A stretch of 64,000 nt of DNA from Tubulanus polymorphus (taxonomy: Eukaryota; Animalia; Nemertea): contig NC_134028.1 in assembly GCF_964204645.1 (NCBI RefSeq), positions 9,610,001 to 9,674,000 on the forward strand, written 5' to 3'. The notes beneath the pieces are model-generated. The model did not search any database, was not told the origin of the DNA, and saw nothing but the letters and a program-made list of their open reading frames with translations. A program made the position numbers and the translations under genes. Shown in pieces: positions 40,525 through 52,041 of this stretch; position 1 is the first letter of the stretch, and every line of letters begins with the position of its first letter.

Positions 40525-41642
40525 TGTTTCGATATGTTATTCGATACAGAAAAGGTCGTGAAAATACCATACGTGGTTGATTATCATTTCATTTATAGAA
40601 ATAGATGGTAGATTTTGTCGCAAATCAAACAAATGATAATAGACATAAAATACTGATTACATTATCACTAATGACATATCTGTCGAATGTGTCGTAAGCC
40701 AGTAGCAATAAACTGATTTGGATATTGACCTGTTTTCTATGTCAAACCGTTGATGTTTTAGCACTTTTCGTTAAGAATTGATTATTGAATTCTACGAGGA
40801 AATGTATCGTACTGTCCATTGGCCTTGAGAGTTCGTCGAGGAAATCGCAGATTCCAGACAATTTGGAATATACAAGAGCCACTAGGGCAGGCCGGGGGTC
40901 AATGTGGCTAAAGTTATTAGGTAAACTTGCTAACTTTTGCATGTACTCTAAATATAGCATAAATACACGAGACCAAAACTAAATAAAGCGGATTTTTGAC
41001 GGCACTCATTTGTACTTTAATGCAACTTAGAATTCAAATCTATTTGCTATTTTGGCGCCGTTTTACGTTAGTTGTCTTGTTTATTTCTATATCTTTATCT
41101 ATTAATCAATTTAGATGAGTAATGATCAAAACTTACAAATAACAAACAAACCTAATGGAATACCAATTTACTGTGCGAATACGTGGAACTGACCATAGTC
41201 ATTGGGGAGCCAGGGGCGGGTGATCTGGCAAGCCCCGGGTAGGCGGTCGACACCTTACATGTCAGTATAGTCTACAGAACCGACCTTCTCGTTAACTGGC
41301 GGAATTTCATCTAGACATTTTCCAACTTGGTTGGATATTTTACTACAAGATATTTCACCACTTACAATGAATTCTTGTATAACGTAATATATTGATGTTT
41401 AATGAAGGTACATTAAAAATTTCATGCAATAATAAACTGAGTAAATTGTGTTAGAGTTCTGAGAATAGATTTATGATTTGGTTCGAACAATAAATCTAAC
41501 AAATGAATGACTAAAGTTTGATTAATTCCCCAATTCATGCGACAACACAAAGTCTGTTCTAGTACATTTTCAGACAGATAGTGCACTCCCAGACAGTCAA
41601 TAAATACACCCTCAGATAATCGACATTTTATCCGCATGAATT

Positions 41643-42591
41643 ATGAATTTAACTCAGATACAGATTGGTCGACCTCATAGCAGTTACATCGTTCTCATGC
41701 TTGTGCTGAACAGATCTGGAATCTACCGTACTTTGTCACTGGTAATTCTGCCTACCCTGTTCCTGCTTGGAACCTTTGGAAATTCGGCTACTTTCTTGAT
41801 AATGATAAGTCGCCGATTCCGCAATTTATCCTTCGCAAACTATCTTATCGTTTTGTCTTTGAGTGATTCTATGTTCTGTATCAATTATACACTGATGCCC
41901 GTTGTACAGTTTGTTCTCTTCCACATTAAAGATGGTCCTATATTCATCATGAATTCACTCATGACTTGTCAAATCTATGGATTTATAATGACACTTGCAG
42001 TCATCGATAGTTCGTGGTTAATAGTAGCAATATCTCTAGAACGTGCGGCAGTTGTGCTCTTCCCGTTCACATCTCGTTTGATATGTACACCGAGATTCGC
42101 TAGATTTGCTACATTGATGATAACTGCAGTGAATGTACTGGTTATATATTTTAGCCCTGCTTTGTCGATGCATTTCCCTGATCCTTTTTTTTGGATGTTA
42201 CTATGAATTAAAAGACCTAAAAAGATATTTCACCATATTTGTCATCCACGTTTATCTTCTACCGTTAACTTCGATTATAACATCAAATTCGGTTATAATA
42301 GTTCAGTTATTCAGAGGTTCCAAAATGGTTTCGTCTGATCTGAAAACTACAAAATCAAAACGCACAACCATAATGCTTGTAACGGTTTCACTCGCATTTG
42401 CAATATTTACACTTCCAAATGCTATTACTACATTTTTACCAATCTCACTGGAACTGAAAGGATTTCTATATGACATTTTCACACACTTCCATGTTTGTAA
42501 CTTTGTGGTTAATTTCTACATATATCTTTTACTGGGACGAGAAATTCGTGAATATTTCTGTATGAAAATATGCTGTAGAACGGTCAAATAA
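41643..42591 (+). pseudogene. Paralog of the 28157 GPCR with a single +1 frameshift (or a homopolymer sequencing error)
   Basis: ORFs 41643-42206 and 42133-42591 together are colinear with the 312-aa GPCR; 8 T at 42185-42192 where 7 would give DPFFGCYY; no other lesion seen. Confidence 0.85.
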
Positions 42592-42903
42592 CCTCTAATT
42601 GTATATCCTCGCCGTGAAGTTAAATTTCACAAGAAATGTTATAAATATTTCAGGACGCAAATTTTCCGTAAGTAGGCGTGTTTTGCAGTTTAAACAGCAT
42701 TTATTTGTCTATTCCATATTTTTCTTTTTCAATTCCATGGTTTATAAACAATTTTAGTTTAGTGAGCGCCACCGATCCACTGCCAAGTTTTTTATTATTC
42801 ATACCTTTTTAGATTATGTAAAATATCAAGGTATTAGAATGGTAAATGAAATACCTTAAACAAAGGATATATATTTTCTATATTCAAATACGCGAAAACA
42901 GTT

Positions 42904-43590
42904 CTACGCAGCCAGAGACTGAGGCAAAGACAGATATGTTTTGTTATGGCCAGGCACCCCGAGACACACTGACATTTATTATTTTAACAAAAAGAATATT
43001 ACGTCATATGCGGAAAGATATAGAAATCACACTCACATGAAAACGAGTACACAAAAATACGGGAACATCTTGGATTATCAGAGGCCGTTGCCATGGCAAC
43101 CAAAGATGTTCGTTAATTTATGTCTCGAAAATATATAGTTTAGTGTGAACTGCCACACTAATGGACGAAGAAAATAATGGTGTTTTACAATGTGAACGCT
43201 GCAAATTATGCTGAACTGCCATAGTCACTTGGGTGCAAAGGTTACAGTTAAATGATGCAGCTCTGCCGGGTTGGAGCCGGAGGGGTCGGTGGGTGGTCAA
43301 ACACGTCTACCTATTGAGATGGTTGTCTACGAAGAGAGAGAAAAGACATAAGAGAAAGGGTCTGATTGGCTTGCGGATAGCCAATCAGAGCCCCCTTTAC
43401 TCACAAGTTAGATGGCGCTAGCGCGAGGTCCTCGGTCTCGCCGCACAGATACAATTGTCCCCCGTTCGATGGACGATTGCCCTACGCAGCCAGAGACTGA
43501 GGCAAAGACAGATATGTGGTGTTATGGCCAGGTGCCCGAGACACAATGACATTTATTATTTTAACAAAAGGAATATTACGTCATATGCGG
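42904..43590. repeat. ~110-bp direct repeat (42904-43013 and 43482-43590), 578-bp period
   Basis: ctacgcagccagagactgaggcaaagacagatatg...ttacgtcatatgcgg present twice with few differences. Confidence 0.85.
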
Positions 43591-43649
43591 TGTAACGGGT
43601 CTCGTATAGAGTTTACCGTCGGTAATTAGTGTAATGTATAGATGTATGC

Positions 43650-45060
43650 CAGATCCCCCACCACTGCCATCATGCAGAGTTTCGGAATGACCAGCCTTTT
43701 ATTTCACTGGTATTGACTATTATGGACCTCTTTGGTTAGAGGATGGTCGTAAAAGCTGGGTTTGTTTATTCACCTGCGCAGTAACTCGCGCAGTCCATTT
43801 AGATGTTGTAACAGATAATACTACCGAATCTTTTCTTTTTTGTTTCAGACGATTCGCTGCCAGGAGATCCGTGCCAAGGAAGCTACTCTCCGACAATGCT
43901 TCTACCTTTATCGGCGCAAACTCAGAATTGAGGCGAATATTTGATGATTTGCGTGTTCGTCAGTACATATCGAAGCGGCGTATTGATTGGCAGTTCATCA
44001 CAAAGCGGGCTCCTTGGCAGGGTGGCTTCTGGGAGCGAATGGTCGGACTCACAAAGTCTTCTTTGAAGAAGTTACTAGGTAGATCGTCTGTATCGTTAGA
44101 TGAATTGTATACAGTACTCACTGAGGTCGAGGCGAACCTCAATGATCGCCCTTTGATGTATGTTTCTTTTGATATCAATGATGATATTGTTTTGACTCCT
44201 TCACATTTGGTCTGCGGGAGGCGCATCACTGCTTTGCCTTCTTGCAGTGATGTGGTTCCTAACGACCCAGATTTTATGCTAAATCAGTCCACATTGAGTT
44301 CTAGATATCGGTACATGTTACTTTGTTAGATCAGTTTTGGCAACGTTGGAAATCGGAGTACCTCACTGGGTTAAGTGAGACCCATAGATATATCGGTCAC
44401 GATGATTATATCAAAAAGGGCTCTGTTGTTATTATTCACGATGATAAGTTGCCCCGCCTTAAATGGCATTAGGGGATCATTTTGGATTTACATCAAAATA
44501 CACAAGACGGTAGAGTTAGATCTTGCACTATAAAGACATCTAAAGGTATAACGAACCGACCTGTTTCTAAGCTTGACCCTTTGGAGGTAGAATGCGATAT
44601 TTTTGATCAGAATGTAAATTCTAAATCAACAGATTCGGGTCGTAGACCTAATTCTATAGCCGTCTAGCTGCTGTCGCAGCCGGTAAAAAGATAAAACAAA
44701 TGTATGTGTTAGAAGATGATGAAAGATGATTAAAAATGATATCATAGTATTGTTGATGTTTAACATAAGTGTTCTTGTTTTGTAGTTTGTATTATTATGT
44801 TTCTTCTCATCAGTTGGCCGGGAGTGTCGCGAACTGTCATAGTCATCAACGGTGATCCGTGTCAACAACTATTCAACCGAATCGCATTTTTCAGTGCTTA
44901 CTATAAATATCTTGTCACGTATACTATTTTTGGTATTTAAGTCAAATCTATCGTACTCTACACACTTGTTGTCTATTCTGTGGTGGTGTTTGGTCGGGCG
45001 TCGCTGTCGCCGCACAATTTGGAGTCGTTCCTTTCGACAGAATCAATGACGGAAACTACA
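43650..45060 (+). mobile_element. BEL/Pao LTR retrotransposon fragment: integrase core + C-terminal domain, polypurine tract and probable 3' LTR
   Basis: FTGIDYYGP, LFTCAVTRAVHLD, LSDNASTF, APWQGGFWERMVG, EVEANLNDRPL, LTPSHL, FWQRWKSEYL; stops present; ggccgggag followed by TGT at 44825; LTR end is approximate. Confidence 0.88.
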
Positions 45061-45830
45061 TGTACTTCCATTACAGACAGGTCTCACCAAAGCAAGACCT
45101 CACCACCGTGAGTACATCCTTGCTTGTTTGGAGACAGGTGGGTGGGAGACAATCAAGCATTTATGACCATAGATTTCTCACTCGAGTGATTTGCCCCCAG
45201 ACTAACCTACAGTTGGCCAGTAAGGCTTGAAATTTAACGGGATTTGTGTAATGATAATGATGCAGATGCAATAATTCTAAAATCGGTAAATGGAGAGACC
45301 GTTGGCAGATAATCCGGCAATCTTTCTTATTATCCGGCAATCTTTCTTTGGTGGATTCACAATGGTTTTTGCCATCAGGTGCCAGTACGTCTATTTTCAA
45401 CATCATTTAAGTTAGAATTGAAACCACAAATTGACGAACAATTTTCGTGCAGTTCTATCTTTGTTACACGTGAAAAAGGCATAATTCATCAACCTTCTAC
45501 CTTAACCATGCTGAATCACATTTAAAACAAAAATATTAGACGCTGAATTTAACTTCAGAACGTTATGCAAGCAAATTGAGGGATTACCAAGAGTGAAGAA
45601 TTTGGGGTTTTATCCAGGAGATTTCTACCAAAGGGATGATAATCACAAGGGATATTTACCGCTCACCCATAAGAACGATGTACGTAACTGATAATTCCAA
45701 TTTGCATCAAAGTTAACCTCATGATTCACCGGAAGAAAAAATTCCCGGGATGAACCATCTGCTCTCATATCGGAAAATTAAATTGACGTAACACTAGTTG
45801 AAATCTTTTACATATCAACAAAGTCTTATT

Positions 45831-46023
45831 TACGGAAGAGGAAGGCGACCAACAACATTCTATTTTCAATTCAAAAAGTCGACTTTTCGAGTTTGTAAAT
45901 CGACTTTTCGAGTTATTAAGTCGACTTTCTAAATTCGAAAACTTTCTAAAATCGAATTATTAACACGAAAAGTCAACTTTTTAAACTGGAAATAGAATGT
46001 TGTTGGTCACATTGCTCTTCCGT
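45831..46023. mobile_element. MITE with ~60-bp imperfect TIRs (tacggaagag...ctcttccgt)
   Basis: gaccaacaacattctatttt...aaaagtcgacttttcg vs cgaaaagtcaacttttt...aaatagaatgttgttggtc; same terminal acggaag motif as the 39.5-kb MITE. Confidence 0.7.
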
Positions 46024-46024
46024 T

Positions 46025-46110
46025 ATATACCATGCTATTGCAAGTTGCAAGTTAAATTGTGAATTCATATATTTGTCAGCTGTTCAGTAATATCACCATG
46101 AAGAGCCAGA
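46025..46110 (-). pseudogene. Short decayed GPCR (TM3) remnant upstream of protease B
   Basis: Minus strand agc tga caa ata tat gaa ttc aca att taa ctt gca act tgc aat agc vs GPCR 28157 cgt tgt caa atc tat gaa ttt aca acg gaa ctg gca gtc ttc aat agt; cut off at the 45831-46023 MITE. Confidence 0.55.
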
Positions 46111-47539
46111 TCGGCACTATGACTCAAATAATCTCACATAAGTACTTTGTTATTCGCAGAAACACTTGTCTGTTGGACATTAATTCATAAATCTGAAAAA
46201 AGATGATCTATAGAGTAAAAAACCAATAAGTTCATAATGTTGTGGTGTTGTTTATCTGCTAGTGATGTGAATCCGCGTTGGGTTCTTGAACTAGCGTTGT
46301 GGTAATGATTTCTTTCGACGATGTTGCGAGGGACACTCTCTTATAGGTCGGATCTCAGTCCTTGGTCTTGACTTTCTTACAAGGCTCCCGGATATAACTA
46401 AACAATTTATCTAACAACTAAACAAGTTATCTATTCGTTTATTTTCTCTTACTTCTCTCTAGTAACGTGTGCAGGCCCTATTCCACACATGGCTTGGAAT
46501 TCATGGCTTGTGACGTACTTTATACGTCACAACATTCCTCCCATCCATGTATGGGCGATGACGTATCTGCACACGTCACAATTTTCTATAAATATATTTT
46601 TGCTCTCATTAGAGTCCATGGCCGCACCATATTAGGTTAACCTAGGTAGACACATACGTCACTCCCAGACTTGTTTATTTATATAATCTCTATTTATGTT
46701 TATGTATGACGTACATATCCACGCAGGTTGTCTGGTACTGCAACGCTGGCCATGAACTCCAGCTTCCGTGCAATACTTGTTGATATAGTTTAACCGCTGA
46801 TAACTGAACCCTACTAATATGTTCCCGAAAGCTTGTTGGTATAATTCATGAAAGCCCAATAATATATGTCCTAAAACTCTTCATAATAATATCAAACTCA
46901 CATACTATGTGAGTTTCCAAAATCAGCATTGTTAGTATTTGTATAAATTATTGATTGGCAAGATGGCCAAAAATGAGATTGATTTTCTGTTTCCAAAAGC
47001 AACACTACGACATTGCCAAATATATCTATGGAAATATCATATGGGATTTCGGTCAAATACAAAGGAAAATATCCTTAAAGATTTAGTGTGACTTTATTTA
47101 TCGTGCAGGCGACACTTTTTTTCGTCATCAGTAAGCCTTTTTATTCGTAAACTGCATACAATTTACCATATCAAATAATGGCATTATGATCTGCCGCATG
47201 ATATATTTAGATATAATCATAATTCACTAGGTTCATATGGTTTGAATCACTAGGAAAGTTCGCATTAAATACTCGATCTAGATTTTGTGATGGAGTATAC
47301 TTTGAAAAACGGTGTGCATAGTAACAATTTCTGTGGTCCTCAATACAGATTATGGATAGATATTAAACGCTTAGGCTTAATTTTAAGTAGCAGGTGGAAA
47401 TTTACGAAACAACGAATAAAGCGTTTTCCAACACCAGAATCATTTAAGTGTTTTTTCATTTCTGGTGATGAATTCGTATATAACTGGTTAGTTTGACAGA
47501 TGTTTGACTGGGCAGTTTGGTTGATGACAAACCCGCCAA

Positions 47540-50500
47540 ATGTATCGTAGGAACATGTTGTTGCTCTTACTCTTTTGCTCAGTTTTCACATCGAAAGTTT
47601 TAGGTAACCCTGTTATTCATTTGATTTATTTTGTTTAATTTGTCCATGGTAGCATTATGAGCGTAATATGTTTACTGCGCCCTCATTGCATAGTTCAGGC
47701 CTCGATAGTTATAGCCTATAGAAGCCAGTTTTTCCTAGTTAACCATTAAATCGAATGATTGAGGATTTACGTACGTAAAATATTTGACGCAATTACAACG
47801 ATGTCACTATAATATGGTTTCGTTTGCAATTGTCGCCTATCAACCAAGATGGACCTGGTTAGGTACGTAAGTAGAAAGGTGAGAATAAACATTTATTCCA
47901 TTAACACAGGTATTGATGAGAAGAATATAGTGATTCGCGATGTTACAAAACGAAGTCCGTCGGAGTCTGAAACTCATCCGGAGCTGTTAACATTTCGATT
48001 AGAATTTCCCGAAGACAACGTTATCTTACATCTGCAAAGACGAGACTCGTTAAATGTCCACCGGGCACCGGTCTTTGTAACTGGTGAAGATGGTGAATTA
48101 AAGAGATTACAAAGAGAACTACCGGTAAATATTAATTCAAGCTGCACGTAGACTTAGGCGTAAATTAAACATTGTATTGTGTAATCGTATATTGCATATA
48201 GGAAAGCGTACCGTACCAGTCAATAGACAAAAGTGCTGCGGTTACAGTAACTACAAAACTACTCGATAATGGACGCGTACAACGAAGTCTGGTTAGTTTT
48301 TTTGCAACTTGTCGCATCAAGTGTTCGAGTAAAGAAAAACTGGTGATGGATTGGCGGAACATTGTTCTGTACTAACAAGTTAGATTTTCACTTGAAATTG
48401 AAGTGCATTTTTATAGATGGGTACATTTGATGTGAATGGAGATGGGAATATGTACGTTATTAAAAGATCCGAGCAACCTGCATCAGATGATAAAAAAAGA
48501 GATATAACCGAGAAGGATGATGGGGTTATTCACACTATCACTCAACGGAATGTTTACAAACATTCAGGTTAGACCGGTTCAGACCATTAAAGAAACAGTC
48601 TTTATGTGTGTATTTACGAATAATTTTGTAGCCTTTGATGTGCAGAGTCCTTATGAATCCCTAATACAGGGATGTCTGTTTACTATTCCCATGAAGATAG
48701 AAAAGCTTTCTGTACATCTACGGAGAGAACATACGTAGTTTCTTCGTACAAATCCACTTTATTCATCACACCAGTTATTAATTTCTATCATATATTAAAT
48801 GTTTTCGAATAAATTCTTGAATACGATTAACTTCATATTTTTCAATTATTATTGTAGATGATATATTTAATTTCATTCTTGTTAATTATTTCGCTTTCTG
48901 TAGACGATGAAATTGATGTTTTTCGACGACAAACTATTAGTAATACAACTTACTACATCGAGCTTTTTGTAATGCTTGACTTCTCAACGTTTTCAAGGTA
49001 CGTCCCGGGAATTTCTTTCTAAACTATTGCGGCCATCAAAATTCCATGCATTCTACAAATTGTATTAGTTGTAAACGCTATAATTACTTGGTTTTAGTTT
49101 TAACCAACAAATGAAGAAGACAATTGAACATTATTCACAGGTTGTGAACGGAGTAAGTCAATGAATTGATTGTCTGCTTTTCTCAAATTCTTTTTGGTTC
49201 CATTTATGCAGCAAAATCTTTCAGATTGACCTGATATTCCGCTCTGTAAAAGATGCTAAATTACAAGTACGAATTCGGGTGACCGGGTTTTTCGTTGCTC
49301 AGGTATGATTGAATATATATACGTATAAATGATTTTCTTATAGATACGTAGGAAATTGATTAATACGATGCCCTGTGCTTTGTTTTTCAGAGTGCGGAAG
49401 ACGCCCCCTGGACCGATTCTAATCCGCTTAAGGTGGCAAATGAAAAAGGCTATGTCCTCACACCCCCTGACATAAAGTCTGAATTATTACCAAAATGGTT
49501 AGAGGAAAGAGCTGGTAAACTTCCTCCATACGACCATGTTCAATTGTATACAGGGTATGGAATACACTAGGAAGTATTGACGAATTTAGAAATTAATAGA
49601 TACAGTAAATAGTATTTTTCCAACACATCTGTAATTCATCCCTGTTGAATTTTAGGATCGCATTGTTGGGCAAAGATGGTTTCATCGGAGGTAATGATTC
49701 GTTTGATTTATCGCTTTAATTAGTATAACCATACATTGATATTGATGTTTTATTATCAAGATTTCGGAGGTTACAGAGAACAAAGGACTGTGACCGAATC
49801 GTTATTTTCTTTTTTGCCCTTCTAGGTGTATCAGGACAAATGTGTAATAATTATGCTTCACTAGTTCGTGCTGCACCCGATGATATTTTCAAAAGTGCAC
49901 CTGCTCATGAAATCGGTCACAGGTAACTATCATTTATGAAGTATTTTTCGGTTTATGCTGCATGGTATTCGTGTTTATTCATAATATTGTGTGTAAACAA
50001 TTTTCGATTATTTTATCAAATGCAGCTTAAAACAAGTGCTTTTGTTGCTGTAGCATAATATAAAGAATAGCTAAATTGCGGATTAAGAATAACCGTTTAA
50101 AATACGTTGTGAAAAAATAAATTTCTTGATTTAGCGCCACCGAAAAACAAACTTTCATATTGGCACCCCCCCCCCCCCCCGCAACGATGGATTGTCATTC
50201 CCACACACCTGTCAACCGCGGTTTAACCATTTCATAAATTGGCACGTTTTAAATTTGTGGCCCTAAAACAAAGTAACTTATTTGCATAGGCGCATCAAAA
50301 ACTAGTTGTTTTTTTTTAAGTCAACGTTTAAATTTTCTTCGTTGTTTTTTATATTCTGGCGTTCTATATAGCCTGTTGTTATGTGTTTGCTACGTTATGA
50401 TTCGAATCAGCCAACATATGTGCAAGTTCTGTATTTAATATAATTCAGGGAGGTGTGTGCCCTACGGAAACTAATGGTGATGGTTTCGATGTGACTGTTT

Positions 50501-52041
50501 AAAGAGTAAACGGGGATACTCTCCATTTTCCATTAGTCAGATTTCGCTTGAAATTGTTTCTTGAAATTGAGATTCGAAATTAGAAAATTTCAACCAATCT
50601 TGGGACGTTTTTCGATCAAATCTGGAAATTAGGGCTGTTTCTAGATTTATAAAGAAAACCTACGTTACCTAAAAACTCTTACAAATGTCGGGAAGTGCGT
50701 TCTGCGAAACATTTGGGCTAGATTATGCAAGTCATCAAATGTGGTAATTCTTTGAAATTCATCCTCTTCTTTTAAAAGTATTGACAAATAAGAAGCTTTT
50801 TAAGAAACGACGAATTAAGATTCGTTGAAATGATTTCACACAGTGGAGCCACCCGCTTCTTGCTTTTGCTTGACATGTGTTAAAAGATTGCATACTTTCT
50901 TTTATGTAGTTTGGGAGCCAAGCACGATGACGAATATGGCTCTGAATGCCCCCAAGATCAGGGTAGTGTGATGGGGGGTGGGCCACCTTACACATTCTCA
51001 AAATGTGCAATTAGAGACATGAAAGCAAAATTGAAAAGACTTAACGAGTAGGTTTTTGCGTTATACATGATGTAAGATGCTTGATATATGATATATACGT
51101 GTATACAATGCAATAGGCGTATTTTTGTATTATCTTTGAGGGAGAACAGGAACTGTTTACTAAATGAAGCAACTAGTGTAAAAAAATACGCTGAAATCAT
51201 CAAGAAACTTCCTGGACAATTTTACAATGCTGATGAACAATGCAAGATGAAAAATGGACCTGATTCGGTGAATTGCGTTCCGCCAGTACGTATTTTACAG
51301 GGAATAGATACCCTAGCAGGGGCGGATTTAGGGGTGGACTCAGAGGTCTGGACCCCTGCCATCCCAGTGAGGTAGCCCTTTTCGTCAAGATAGAGAATGT
51401 TAAATCCTGCAAACTTGACACTCGTTCCTCGGAAATTGCAACTTTTCTGATGCATTCCTTCAAAAATATCTAAACCCGAGGTAAGAGCCACACGGAACCC
51501 GAATTGAGGTCTTTGACTTGGCTGCATTATTCGGGAAATGCCTTTTCTTTTGGACTCCGGCATTCCAATTTACTTGGGCCGTCCCTGGCTAGTTCCTACA
51601 GAATTGACATGACTTGTGAAATTAAGTAACTTGTTGTTCGTAGGGAGCGACATGAAGGATAAAACAATTCTGATATGCAGATCTTCTGGATCAAATACTT
51701 ATTTACGTATGTATTCGGTTTCAAAGTTAAAATCGTCAAAATCTATTTATAATTTATGAATACAGGATGTAAAGAGATTTAACCCATGTGATCTGCTTAT
51801 GTGCACAAATCCTAAAAAGAAATGTATCGCAGGTAAACGTCCTCCTGCGTACGGAACATCGTGCGGGAACAAAAAGGTAAACGTCATTGCTAGATATATA
51901 CAAAATCAAATTTGCCTCTACTGATGTTGTTAATGGTTGCACCGATGTAGATTTATTGTATTCCTTTACTTATCTTTTTTTTTATTTCAGTGGTGCATCC
52001 GAGGAAAATGTGTGTTTAATGAGGAAGCGCCAGAACGTTAA
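47540..52041 (+). CDS. ADAMTS-like secreted zinc metalloprotease (M12B), copy B, 14 exons, ~495 aa
   Basis: Exons 47540-47603, 47910-48124, 48202-48291, 48417-48567, 48904-48997, 49098-49152, 49225-49302, 49391-49554, 49656-49690, 49826-49922, 50910-51047, 51141-51285, 51766-51876, 51991-52041; GT-AG, in frame (1488 nt); AHEIGHSLGAKHD, GSVMGG, PGQFYNADEQC, GTSCGNKKWCIRGKCVFNEEAPER*. Confidence 0.92.

Noticed and set aside
46238-46488. Solo LTR (TGT...ACA) upstream of protease B
   Set aside because: No target-site duplication and no second copy in the window
51316-51590. hAT-like MITE (caggggcggatttagggg...) in intron 12 of protease B
   Set aside because: Right TIR is weak and no TSD is visible; boundaries not supportable
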